Below are positions 40,184 to 49,544 of a DNA stretch of 64,000 nt, in pieces. Position 1 is the stretch's first letter; each line of letters begins with the position of its first letter. This stretch comes from an uncultured delta proteobacterium (GTDB lineage Bacteria > Myxococcota > Kuafuiibacteriia > Kuafuiibacteriales > Kuafuiibacteriaceae). Both the position numbers and the translations under genes were made by a program. The DNA is taken from the NCBI GenBank assembly GCA_963803435.1, contig CAWDML010000009.1, positions 1,120,001 through 1,184,000 on the forward strand, read 5' to 3'. The notes beneath the pieces were generated by a model. The model was not told the origin of the DNA. It searched no databases and was given only the letters and a program-made list of their open reading frames with translations.

Positions 40184-42268
40184 CTACTCTTCGTCCTCTA
40201 CTGCGACGAAGCCGGACTCCTTCACGATCTTGTCCTGGATGGGCGGCGGCACCGGCTCCATGTGCGAGAACTCCATCACGAACGATCCGCGGCCCTGGGT
40301 CATCGACCGGAGCGCGGCCTCGTAGCTCTGGATCTCCGCCAGCGGCATTTGCGCCTTGATGGTCACGTACTTGCCCATCGAGTTGGTACCGCTGAGACGA
40401 CCGCGGCGGGTGTTCACGTCGCCCATGACGTCGCCCATGTTCTCCTCGGGCACCGCGATCTCGACGTCCATGATCGGTTCGAGCAACACGGGTCGCGCCT
40501 TGGCGGCGGCGATCTTGAAGCCCTTCGAGCCTGCCATCTGGAAGGCGACGTCCTTCGAGTCGACCGGGTGGTACTTGCCGTCGATCAGACGGACGTGGAC
40601 GTCGACGACCGGGTAGCCCGCCAGGACGCCGCGCGCCATCGCCTTGCGGAGGCCCTTCTCGACGGACGGGATGAACTGCCGGGGGATGGCGCCGCCGACG
40701 ATGCCGTCCTCGAACACGAACCCGCTGCCCTTCTCGCCGGGCTCGAAGTCCATGTAGGCCACGCCGAACTGCCCGGCGCCGCCCGTCTGCTTCTTGTGCT
40801 TCCCTTCGACGTTCTTCACCGCGACCGTGAACGTCTCCTGGTAGGGGATGCGGGGCAGCTCGAGCTCGACGGGCGCTCCGAACTTGCGAGCCATCTTCTC
40901 GGCCGCGATCTCGATGTGTTGCTGGCCCGAGCCGGACAGGAGGATCTGACCGGAGGTCTCGTCGCGGCCCAGGCTGAGGCCGGGATCCTCTTCGACGACC
41001 TTCTGGACGGCCGCCATGATCTTGTCCTCGGTGCCCTTGTCCCGGGCGCGGAGGGCCCGCGAGATCAGGGGTGCCGGCAGCTTCACCACGTCCATCACCC
41101 AGCCGTCGGTGCTGAGGGTGTCGTTGTTGTGGACCTCCTTCAGCTTGGCGAGGGCCACGATGTCTCCGGTGGGTGCGCTCTCCACCGGCTCCAGGTCCTT
41201 GCCGATGATCGTGTTCATCGCGCCGAGGCGTTCCTTCGGCATGTTGTCGCGGTGCTTGTTCTCGAGCGTCTCACCGCCGCTGGCGTTGCCGGAGAGGACG
41301 CGCGCCACCGAGACGCGGCCCAGCTTGTCCCAGATCGTCTTGAAGACGAAGAGGGAGAGCGGCTCGTCGGCGGTCGGCTTGCGCTCGATCGACTCTTCGC
41401 CCTTCTTGCCCCCGCGCGGACCGCTCTCGAGAGGGCTCGGGAACGCGTCGACGATGAAGTCGAGCAGCAGGGAGACGCCCTGGTTGGCGGTGCCGGATCC
41501 GCAGTAGACGGGGACGATCGAGCCCTCGGCCATCGCCTTCGACAGGCCCTTGATGATCTCCTCCGCAGTCAGCGTGCCCTCGAAGAACTTCTCCATCAGC
41601 GACTCGTCGTTGCTGGCGATGTCCTCGATCAGCTGGTTGCGCGCCTCCTCGACTGCGGACGTCATGTCCGCGGGGATCGGTGCCTCCTCGTACTCACCGG
41701 AGTCGCCGGGCTTGAAGAGGTAGGCTTTTTGCGCCACCAGATCGACGACGCCGCGGAAGTCGGCCTCCTTCCCGATCGGGATCTGGAGCGCGGCAGCCTC
41801 GCGGCACATGCTGTCCTTGATGTCGGCGAGCGCCTTCGCGAAGTCGGCGTTCTCGGCGTCGAGCTTCGAGATGAAGAAGGCGCGGGCGAGCTTCATGTCG
41901 ATCGCCCAGCCGTGGACGCGGTCGGTCATCGCCTCGACGCCGTCCTTGCCCGAGACCACGCAGATGACGCTGTCCATCGCCTGCATGCAGGTGCGGCTGT
42001 CCTTGAGGAAGTTTCCGTCTCCGGGCGTGTCGATGATGTTGATCTTGTGCTTCTTCCACTCGAGCGAGCCGATGGCGGAGGCAGAGCTCATCACGCGCTT
42101 CTGCTCCTCGGGCTCCCAGTCCAGCACCGAGGTGCCGTCCGAGGTGTTCCCGAGCCGCTTGGTTCGCTTGGCGGACCAGAGCGCAGCCTCTGCGATCGAG
42201 GTCTTGCCGCACGCTTTGTGGCCGATCAGACCAACGTTTCGGATGTCCTTGGAGTCGAAAACCTTCAT
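40184..42268 (-). CDS. fusA: Elongation factor G paralogue (EF-G2-like)
   Basis: 694 aa; GHKACGKT, DTPG, KKQTGGAGQFG, GKYHPVDS and LRSMTQGRG; divergent G motifs. Confidence 0.9.
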   Translation of the reverse strand: MKVFDSKDIRNVGLIGHKACGKTSIAEAALWSAKRTKRLGNTSDGTSVLDWEPEEQKRVMSSASAIGSLEWKKHKINIIDTPGDGNFLKDSRTCMQAMDSVICVVSGKDGVEAMTDRVHGWAIDMKLARAFFISKLDAENADFAKALADIKDSMCREAAALQIPIGKEADFRGVVDLVAQKAYLFKPGDSGEYEEAPIPADMTSAVEEARNQLIEDIASNDESLMEKFFEGTLTAEEIIKGLSKAMAEGSIVPVYCGSGTANQGVSLLLDFIVDAFPSPLESGPRGGKKGEESIERKPTADEPLSLFVFKTIWDKLGRVSVARVLSGNASGGETLENKHRDNMPKERLGAMNTIIGKDLEPVESAPTGDIVALAKLKEVHNNDTLSTDGWVMDVVKLPAPLISRALRARDKGTEDKIMAAVQKVVEEDPGLSLGRDETSGQILLSGSGQQHIEIAAEKMARKFGAPVELELPRIPYQETFTVAVKNVEGKHKKQTGGAGQFGVAYMDFEPGEKGSGFVFEDGIVGGAIPRQFIPSVEKGLRKAMARGVLAGYPVVDVHVRLIDGKYHPVDSKDVAFQMAGSKGFKIAAAKARPVLLEPIMDVEIAVPEENMGDVMGDVNTRRGRLSGTNSMGKYVTIKAQMPLAEIQSYEAALRSMTQGRGSFVMEFSHMEPVPPPIQDKIVKESGFVAVEDEE

Positions 42269-42280
42269 GGGAAAGGCCGC

Positions 42281-42310
42281 ACGCTAGCCGCCCCCCGGGA
42301 ATGGAGTCAA
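42281..42310 (-). promoter_or_regulatory. Sigma70-type promoter upstream of the EF-G paralogue
   Basis: Minus-strand TTGACT-N18-TAGCGT, 12 nt before the ATG. Confidence 0.5.
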
Positions 42311-42329
42311 CAGCGGAAAGGGTGCGGCT

Positions 42330-43097
42330 TCAGGTGCGATTCCGCTCGTAGAGAATGCGCAAACCGTCGAGCGTCAGGTTCTCGTCGACCTCTTGGATGG
42401 CGGCGGCTTCCTTCGCGATCACTGTGGCCAAACCGCCGGTCGCGATGACCCGGATGGGCTCCGACATCTCCTTCTTCATGCGGGAGACGAGGCCGTCCAC
42501 CAGCGCCGCGTAGCCGAAGTAGCAGCCCGACTGGATCGACTCCACCGTGCTCTTGCCGACCACGTGCTCCGGGCGGGCCACGTCGACCTTGGGAAGCTTG
42601 GCGGTCCGCGAGAACAACGCGTCCATCGCCAGGTTGAGCCCGGGAGCGATGGCGCCGCCGGCGTACTCGCCCCGGCCGGTGATGGAGTCGAAGGTGGTGG
42701 CGGTCCCGAAGTCCACCACGATGCAGGCGCTCCGGGTGCGCTCGAAGGCGGCGATGCCGTTGACGATGCGATCGGCGCCTACGTCCTTGGGCGGGTTGTA
42801 GAGCACCGGCATCCCGGTCTTGATGCCAGGGCCCACAATCAGGGGCTCCTGGCCGAACAGCTTCCGGATCATCTTCTCGATCGTGCCGGTCACGACGGGG
42901 ACGACCGAGGCCAGGATCAACCCGCGGATCGCGGCGGGCTCCACCCCGACGCCGCCCAGGAGCGCCCGCACGAGCAAACCGTACTCGTCCGCCGTGCGGG
43001 CGTGGACGGTCTCGAGGCGGAAGGCCTCGATCAAGCGATCGCCGTCGTAGAGGCCGATCGTGACGTTGGTGTTGCCGACGTCGAACGCGAGCAGCAT
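42330..43097 (-). CDS. coaX: Type III pantothenate kinase
   Basis: DVGNT, VGADR, DFGTATT and ATGG motifs. Confidence 0.95.
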   Translation of the reverse strand: MLLAFDVGNTNVTIGLYDGDRLIEAFRLETVHARTADEYGLLVRALLGGVGVEPAAIRGLILASVVPVVTGTIEKMIRKLFGQEPLIVGPGIKTGMPVLYNPPKDVGADRIVNGIAAFERTRSACIVVDFGTATTFDSITGRGEYAGGAIAPGLNLAMDALFSRTAKLPKVDVARPEHVVGKSTVESIQSGCYFGYAALVDGLVSRMKKEMSEPIRVIATGGLATVIAKEAAAIQEVDENLTLDGLRILYERNRT

Positions 43098-43098
43098 G

Positions 43099-43740
43099 TC
43101 AGTACTTGATCGCGTCCGGGTTGATCATCTCGCCGGCGCGCACCTTCCTGCGCTTCTTGGCGTCGACCGGGAGGATCTCCTGCCCGGGCGCGCGTCCCAC
43201 GAAGCCCTTGAGCATGATGTCGAAATCGTCCTGGAACGCCGGCCGAGTACCCGCGGCGTTCTCCATCATGAGGACGAATCCGCGCTCGCCGACGATGAAG
43301 ACGACCTGCGTGACCTCGTTGACCAGCTGCGCGTTGCCCCTCTCCCGATGCGCGAAGTCGGTGCGGATGCCGTGGGTGCCGCTGATCGCGATCCGGGACT
43401 CGCCGATCGGCTTGTAGAGCTTGGTGGCCGCCTTCACGTCGTTGGTCACCGACAGCGCAAAGTGCCGGACGTTGACGTTCGGTGGGAGGTTCCTCATCTC
43501 GACCGTCACGTGGGCCACGTAGCCGTTGTCGGGGTGCGTCTTCCAGAAGTCGACGACCGGCACGCCGGCGCGCTCGGCGGCGGTCCAGCCCACCGGGAGG
43601 TCGATCGAGAAGCGCGCCTTCGGGTCGGCCCAGGTGTTGGGCTTGCGGCCCATGAGCTCCTCCCACGGGTTCCCGGCGAACGCGGCGGCGGGGACGGCGA
43701 GGAGCGCGAGCGCCAGCAAGGTGCGCATCGCGCTCATCAT
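43099..43740 (-). CDS. Secreted hypothetical protein (PsbP/DcrB-like fold)
   Basis: Signal peptide AFA; FSIDLPVGW N-terminal motif. Confidence 0.6.
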   Translation of the reverse strand: MMSAMRTLLALALLAVPAAAFAGNPWEELMGRKPNTWADPKARFSIDLPVGWTAAERAGVPVVDFWKTHPDNGYVAHVTVEMRNLPPNVNVRHFALSVTNDVKAATKLYKPIGESRIAISGTHGIRTDFAHRERGNAQLVNEVTQVVFIVGERGFVLMMENAAGTRPAFQDDFDIMLKGFVGRAPGQEILPVDAKKRRKVRAGEMINPDAIKY

Positions 43741-43747
43741 ACCTCAC

Positions 43748-44689
43748 TCACGCTTTGGCGGGCTCGGGGGTCGCCGGGGGCGTCTGCTCGCCCTGGCCGA
43801 GGGCCTCCGGGACGACCTTTCCGGCCTTCCAGGAGCGGAGGATCATGTCAGCCTCGAACTTGGAGTCGACGCCGCCGGGCTCGCACTTGTGCGGGTTGTC
43901 GTCCTTCCCGAAGGCGAGCGCCTCCGAGTACTCCTTGCAGGTCGGCCAGTCGCAGGAGCCGCAGTCGGTACCTGCCATGGCCTCCTCGAGGAGCACCGCC
44001 AGCGCCGGCTTCTCCAGGCCGATCGCGCGGGAGGCGAACTTGGAGATCCGGTCCTTCGGGATCTCGAACTTGGCGCCCTTGCTCTTGACCCCCTCGACCT
44101 TGGGCGGCGGCAGGCGCGGCAGGTCAATCGGCGGCGGCTTGAAGGCGCGGGCCCGCGAGGATTTGTGCACCAGCCCCATCTGCTCGAGGATCTCGCCGCG
44201 GCGCTTCCGGGGGGCGTCGTAGCCCTTGAACGGCTTGAACGCCTCGACCGCGCCGTCCTGGGGGACGAAGCGGAACAGGAGGTTCTCGACGAACGCGGTG
44301 GAGGCCTCGAAGTGGGGCGTATGCGTGATGGCGCCGGTCGGGCAGGGCTCCGAGCACAGGCCACAGAACATGCACTTGGCCTTATCGATGTCGAAGCGGG
44401 TCATGATCAAGCGGCGGGTCTCGGGATCCTTGGCCGCGTCGATCCGGATGCAGTCGATCGGGCAAGCACGCTCGCAGGCCAGGCACGCCGTGCAGATGTC
44501 CATGTCCACTTCGAGGAAGCCGCGATACCGGGTCGGCAACATCTCGTGCACCGGCCGCGGGATCCGATCCGGATACTGGATCGTCGACGGACGACGAAAC
44601 ATGTAGCTCATCGTCACCGTCATCCCCTCGAAGATGGAGGTGGCGGTGTCTTTGATGTTGTCGATGTACTGCTTCAGCGTGAGCGACAT
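43748..44689 (-). CDS. nuoI: NuoI with a C-terminal RnfB-like Fe-S domain
   Basis: TIQYP; CTACLACERACP and CMFCGLCSEPCP; extra CGSCDWPTC...CEPG; GGGAG SD before ATG 44689. Confidence 0.88.
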   Translation of the reverse strand: MSLTLKQYIDNIKDTATSIFEGMTVTMSYMFRRPSTIQYPDRIPRPVHEMLPTRYRGFLEVDMDICTACLACERACPIDCIRIDAAKDPETRRLIMTRFDIDKAKCMFCGLCSEPCPTGAITHTPHFEASTAFVENLLFRFVPQDGAVEAFKPFKGYDAPRKRRGEILEQMGLVHKSSRARAFKPPPIDLPRLPPPKVEGVKSKGAKFEIPKDRISKFASRAIGLEKPALAVLLEEAMAGTDCGSCDWPTCKEYSEALAFGKDDNPHKCEPGGVDSKFEADMILRSWKAGKVVPEALGQGEQTPPATPEPAKA

Positions 44690-44706
44690 CTCGGCTCCCT
44701 GACCTC

Positions 44707-46497
44707 CTAGACCAGCCGCCACGGCGGATAGTACGCCTCGTGGCCGGTGAGGTTTTCGTAGTTGTCCTTGTCGGCTCGATAGACCGCCCGGATCTTGCGG
44801 GCGTAGACCAGCACGGCCCAGCAGAAGACCCCGAACATCGCCCAGCGCATCGCGTAGTCCAGGGGCGAGCGGCTCATGCCGAACTTGGTCGACTCCAGCA
44901 CGAGCTCCCAGACCATGGTGCCCAGCACGCATGCGAACGAGAGCGGCACCAGATACTTCCAGCACAGCGTCATCATCTGATCGACGCGGATCCGCGGGAG
45001 GGTCCAGCGCAGCTGGATGACGATGAAGACGAGGATCAACGTCTTGGCGGCGAACACGCCCAGCTGCAGGCCGTTGATCACGATCGGCTGGCGGATCGCG
45101 TCCCACGAGACGCCGAGGACGCTCTCGACCGACGCCCCGAACCCGCCGGTCAGCTGGAAGATCCCGAAGGCCGCCAGGCCGAGGCCGCCGGCGAGGTGGA
45201 GGACCAGCGCGCCGTCGTACGCGCCGCGGAGCCCGAGGCGGGTGAGGATGCCGCGGGGCAGGGCGATCCGCTTGAGCGGCGCTCGGAGCGGCGGGAACAA
45301 CATCAGGAAGCCGGCGCCCAGCGCGATCAGCGCGATTCGAGAGTCGAGCCGGAAGATGATGAAGCCGGCCATGACCAGGATCGTCCCCAGCGTGATCAGC
45401 CCGCGATTCATCCACAGCTGGGCGGTCTCCGCGCTGGGCGCGGGGATGTCGGCGCTCTGGATGCGGGCGTGGGCGCGGCCGCGGTAGCGGAGGAGCTGGG
45501 CGGCGATGAGGATCGCGGGCACGGCGGCGCCGACCAGCATCACCAGCATCCCGATGCCGGTGCCGTGGGCCAGCCAGTCGGAGGGCGTGATGCCGTCGGC
45601 CTGGGTGCCGAACGGGATCTGCCAGCCGCCGAGGAACAGCGAGACGCTGACGGCGCAGAGGATCCAGACGTTGGCGAACTCGCCCAGGAAGAACATCAAG
45701 AAGCGCATGCCCGAGTACTCGGTGTTGTAGCCCGAGACCAGCTCCGACTCGGCCTCGGGGAGGTCGAACGGCGTCCGGTTGCCCTCGGCGAGCTGCGCCA
45801 CGAAGAAGACGAAAAACGCGATCAGCGTGAACGGCGAGTGGAAGACACCCCAGTTGGGGAGGAAGTCGGAGCCGCCCTGCGACTTGATCAGATCCTGCAT
45901 CGACAGCGAGCCGGTCGTGATGATCACGGTCATCGCCGCCAGCGCCGCCGGGATCTCGTACGAGATGACCTGCGCCGCCGAGCGCATGCCGCCGAGGAGC
46001 GCCCACTTGCTGTTGGAGCCCCAGCCCGCCATCAGCACGCCGATCACGACCAGCGAGGTGACGCCGAGGATGAAGAGGATGCCGATGTCGATGTCGGTGG
46101 CGATGAGCAGGCTGGTGAACGGGAGCGCCGCGAAGGCGAGCAGCATGCCCAGCACCACGAAGTAGGGCGCGATCCGGAAGAGGATCGGGTCGGCCTCTTC
46201 AGGGATCAGGTCCTCCTTGAAGAGGCACTTGATGCCGTCGACCAGCCACTGGAGGATGCCGTTCGGGCCCACCCGGTTCGGTCCCACACGCGACTGCATG
46301 CGCGCCGCGATCCGCCGCTCGAAGAAGATGAAGACCCCGGCGAAGTTGAGAGCGAAGCCGAACACCAGGCCGGCGGCGATCGCCATGAAGACCAGGTAGA
46401 CCACCTCGGTCAGCACCCAGGTGGAGGGATCGACGCCGAAGGCCCACGCGATCAGGCGGTCGGCGAGTTGCTGCAGCTGCGGAAGGTCTCCCGACAT
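44707..46497 (-). CDS. nuoH: NuoH, enlarged (596 aa)
   Basis: [48 protein letters not shown] and [11 protein letters not shown]. Confidence 0.93.
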   Translation of the reverse strand: MSGDLPQLQQLADRLIAWAFGVDPSTWVLTEVVYLVFMAIAAGLVFGFALNFAGVFIFFERRIAARMQSRVGPNRVGPNGILQWLVDGIKCLFKEDLIPEEADPILFRIAPYFVVLGMLLAFAALPFTSLLIATDIDIGILFILGVTSLVVIGVLMAGWGSNSKWALLGGMRSAAQVISYEIPAALAAMTVIITTGSLSMQDLIKSQGGSDFLPNWGVFHSPFTLIAFFVFFVAQLAEGNRTPFDLPEAESELVSGYNTEYSGMRFLMFFLGEFANVWILCAVSVSLFLGGWQIPFGTQADGITPSDWLAHGTGIGMLVMLVGAAVPAILIAAQLLRYRGRAHARIQSADIPAPSAETAQLWMNRGLITLGTILVMAGFIIFRLDSRIALIALGAGFLMLFPPLRAPLKRIALPRGILTRLGLRGAYDGALVLHLAGGLGLAAFGIFQLTGGFGASVESVLGVSWDAIRQPIVINGLQLGVFAAKTLILVFIVIQLRWTLPRIRVDQMMTLCWKYLVPLSFACVLGTMVWELVLESTKFGMSRSPLDYAMRWAMFGVFCWAVLVYARKIRAVYRADKDNYENLTGHEAYYPPWRLV

Positions 46498-46503
46498 GTC
46501 TTG

Positions 46504-47643
46504 TTACCTATCCAGCTCGGGGGCGACCACGTCGAGGGACGCGAACATCGCCACCACGTCCGCGATCATGGTCCCGGTCGAGATGACCTGCATGATCTGG
46601 GTGGCGGTGAAGCTCCCGGTGCGGACCTTCACCCGATACGCGTTCTCCTCGCCGTTGCACACCACGTAGTAGCCCATCTCCCCGCGGGCCGCCTCCACGG
46701 CGGCGTAGGCCTCGTCCCGCTCCGGTTTGATCTTGCGGGGGACCTTCGCCATGTAGTCGCCCTCCGGCATGCCCTCCAGCACCTGGCGGAGGATCTTGCA
46801 GCTCTCCTTCAGCTCGAGGATGCGGACGTAGTAGCGGTCGTAGCTGTCGCCGACGGTGCCGAACCAGCCCTTGCCGACGGGGACGTCGAAGTCGAGCTCG
46901 CCGTAGACGGAGTACGGGATGGCCTTCCTGACGTCGAACTTCACGCCGCTGGCCCGCAGGTTCGGGCCCACCAGGCCCCACGCGATCGCGGTCTCGCGAT
47001 CGACGATGCCGGTGTCGATGAGGCGCTCGATCAGGATCTTGTTCACCGAGATGGCCTTGTTGAACTCGTCGATGATCGGCTCGAAGTGGTTGAGCCAGCG
47101 CAGGACCCGGGTGTCGAAGCCGCGCGGGATGTCGGCCATGACGCCGCCGATCCGCATGTAGTTGTAGGTCAAGCGCGCGCCGCAGAGCTCCTCCATGAAG
47201 TCGTTGATGGTCTCGCGCTCGCGGAGCCACCAGAGGAACGGCGAGAACGCCCCCACGTCCATCACCATCGTGCCGGTGGAGATGTGGTGGGAGGCGATGC
47301 GGCAGAGCTCGCTGGCGATCACGCGGCAGTAGTAGGCGCGGCGCGGGATCTCGTCGGCGATCCCGAGCAAGCGCTCGACCGCCATGGCGTAGCCCTCGTT
47401 GGCGGTCATCGCCGCCACGTAGTCGACGCGATCGGTGTACGGCATGAAGCCGTTGTAGGTGACCCGCTCGCCGATCTTTTCAATGGAACGGTGGAGGTAG
47501 CCGACCTCGGGGATCACGCGCGAGATGACCTCGCCATCCGACTCGACGAGGAGGTTGATCACGCCGTGGGTCGACGGGTGCTGCGGCCCCATGTTGAGGA
47601 GCATCTGCTCGCGGTTCGGCTCTCGGAGCGGTTGCAGGCTCAT
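46504..47643 (-). CDS. nuoD: NADH-quinone oxidoreductase subunit D
   Basis: [27 protein letters not shown] and ELDR. Confidence 0.95.
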   Translation of the reverse strand: MSLQPLREPNREQMLLNMGPQHPSTHGVINLLVESDGEVISRVIPEVGYLHRSIEKIGERVTYNGFMPYTDRVDYVAAMTANEGYAMAVERLLGIADEIPRRAYYCRVIASELCRIASHHISTGTMVMDVGAFSPFLWWLRERETINDFMEELCGARLTYNYMRIGGVMADIPRGFDTRVLRWLNHFEPIIDEFNKAISVNKILIERLIDTGIVDRETAIAWGLVGPNLRASGVKFDVRKAIPYSVYGELDFDVPVGKGWFGTVGDSYDRYYVRILELKESCKILRQVLEGMPEGDYMAKVPRKIKPERDEAYAAVEAARGEMGYYVVCNGEENAYRVKVRTGSFTATQIMQVISTGTMIADVVAMFASLDVVAPELDR

Positions 47644-48356
47644 GCGTCGTCTCCCTCGTCGTCGTCGTCGTCCGCGGCCGCCGCGCCGGCCTTCTTGGCC
47701 TTCGGATTGACCCAACCCGCGGGCGGGGTGATCGACGACTTCTGCGGTGGCGGCTGGGGCAAGCCCTTCTCGTCGCGGGTCTTGCGGCGCGTCTCGTCCA
47801 TCTTGGCGAAGGCCTCGAGGGGCGAGGCGCGCGTCGTCCCAATCCCGTGGTAGTCCTCCTGCTCCACGTAGTCCTTGCGGAGCGGATGGCCGACCCAGTC
47901 GTCGGGCAGCATGATGCGGCGCAGATCGGAGTGGTGGAGGTAGACGATGCCGAGCAGGTCGTACTGCTCGCGCTCGAACCAGTTCGCCACCGGCCAGAGA
48001 CCCTCGACGGTCGGGACCTCGGGCACCGCCCGGGGGCAGCGGTACTTCACCACGTGCGCGTGGCCGAGCGGATAGCTGTAGAGGTGGTAGACCGACTCGA
48101 GGTAGCCGTCATCGGGCCAGTCGACGCCGGTGACGGAGCGGAGGAAGTCGAACCGCATCTGGTCGTCTTCCTTGAGGAACGTCATGACCTCCAGGAACTT
48201 CGAGACGTCCACGATCAGCGTGTACGGATCGACGGCGTCCACCAGCTCGACGGCCTCGCCAAAGCGCGCCGCGATCCGCGCGTGCAGCGCCTGCGCGACC
48301 GCGCGCGTGGGCGACTTCGCCCGGGCCGCATCCTGTTTTCCAGCCTTGGTTGCCAT
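47640..48356 (-). CDS. nuoC: NADH-quinone oxidoreductase subunit C
   Basis: [19 protein letters not shown] and GHPLRKDY. Confidence 0.93.
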   Translation of the reverse strand: MATKAGKQDAARAKSPTRAVAQALHARIAARFGEAVELVDAVDPYTLIVDVSKFLEVMTFLKEDDQMRFDFLRSVTGVDWPDDGYLESVYHLYSYPLGHAHVVKYRCPRAVPEVPTVEGLWPVANWFEREQYDLLGIVYLHHSDLRRIMLPDDWVGHPLRKDYVEQEDYHGIGTTRASPLEAFAKMDETRRKTRDEKGLPQPPPQKSSITPPAGWVNPKAKKAGAAAADDDDDEGDDA

Positions 48357-48364
48357 CGCCGCCT

Positions 48365-48880
48365 CTACGCCGTCCGCGCGATCGCGCCAAGCTTGTTGGT
48401 CCAGCGCTCGCGCATCATCTTGTCCTGGATTCGCATGAAGCCCTCGGTGAGGGCCTCGGGCCGCGGCGGGCAGCCCGGCACGTAGATGTCCACGGGCACA
48501 ATCTTGTCCACGCCCTTGCACACCGAGTACGCCAGCTGGAAGAGCCCGCCGCAGGTGGCGCAGGCGCCCATCGAGATCACGTACTTCGGATCGGGCATCT
48601 GGTCGTAGAGCAGCTTGGCCCTGAGCGCCATCTTGTAGGTGAGGGTGCCGGCCACGATCATCAGGTCGGCCTGCCGCGGGGTGGCCCGCGGGACCGCGCC
48701 GAAGCGGTCGATGTCGGAGCGGGGCCCGCCGGTCTGCATCAGCTCGATCCCGCAGCAGGCGAGACCGAAGAGCAGGTACCAGATGGACGACTTGCGGTTC
48801 CAGTTGATGAGGTTGTCGAGCTTGCTGACGAGGACCATGCCCTCGTCGCCCGCCATCATGCTGTTCGTTACGTCAGACAT
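48365..48880 (-). CDS. nuoB: NADH-quinone oxidoreductase subunit B
   Basis: [18 protein letters not shown] and PGCPPRPE. Confidence 0.95.
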   Translation of the reverse strand: MSDVTNSMMAGDEGMVLVSKLDNLINWNRKSSIWYLLFGLACCGIELMQTGGPRSDIDRFGAVPRATPRQADLMIVAGTLTYKMALRAKLLYDQMPDPKYVISMGACATCGGLFQLAYSVCKGVDKIVPVDIYVPGCPPRPEALTEGFMRIQDKMMRERWTNKLGAIARTA

Positions 48881-48938
48881 CGCTTAGGGCTCCGCGCCGA
48901 GGCGCCGCCGCCATACATGATCCATGATCCCGGAAGCC

Positions 48939-49337
48939 TCAGCGGGGCTTCGGTTGTTTGAGCTGCTTGATCCACTCGAGGTCACCCTTCTTCCACACGT
49001 ACGCGAGGCCGGCGAGCAGGATGACGACGAACACCATCAGCTCGCCGAAGGCGGCGTAGCCCGCAGCGTGCTCCTTCCAGGCGCGGAAGACCACGGCGAC
49101 CGGGAAGGTCAGCGCGATCTCCACGTCGAAGATCACGAAGATCAGGGCGACGATATAGAACCGGGGGTTGAAGTTGAACCAGGCGTCGCCGATGGGGCGC
49201 TCGCCGCACTCGTAGATCTGGTTCTTGTCCGGATTGGGGAATCGGGGGGCGACCAGCCGGGAGAACGTCAGGGCCGCCACCACGAAACCGATCGCCAGGA
49301 CCATGAACACCAGGACTTGCGCGAAATCGAAGGGCAT
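48939..49337 (-). CDS. nuoA: NADH-quinone oxidoreductase subunit A
   Basis: YECGE, FYIVALIFVIFDVE and WKKGDLEW. Confidence 0.95.
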   Translation of the reverse strand: MPFDFAQVLVFMVLAIGFVVAALTFSRLVAPRFPNPDKNQIYECGERPIGDAWFNFNPRFYIVALIFVIFDVEIALTFPVAVVFRAWKEHAAGYAAFGELMVFVVILLAGLAYVWKKGDLEWIKQLKQPKPR

Positions 49338-49509
49338 CGGTGTGACGGAACCGCTATTGAAGGCGCGACCTTATGTCAATGAAAGTCGTCGGACGTTCGG
49401 CGGATGCCTGTGGGCCTCGATGCGCCAATCTACGGATGTACGGGTCGCACCGCGGAATTTACCTTCCGCCGGAGGACGGGACACTGTCTGCGGGGGGCCG
49501 TGGACGGAG

Positions 49510-49528
49510 AGGGGGAAAGCTTCCCCCT
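49510..49528. promoter_or_regulatory. Perfect inverted repeat/hairpin directly upstream of a GAGGAGG SD in the divergent nuoA/pseudokinase intergenic region
   Basis: AGGGGGAA-AGC-TTCCCCCT. Confidence 0.4.
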
Positions 49529-49544
49529 GAGGAGGCCATTGTTG

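Noticed and set aside
44690-46006. 752-aa version of NuoI
   Set aside because: The upstream part is an alternative frame of nuoH; the real start has an SD at 44689
46504-47643. Possible group 4 [NiFe]-hydrogenase large subunit
   Set aside because: No Ni-binding CxxC motifs; quinone-site His and Tyr and the terminal DR are NuoD-like
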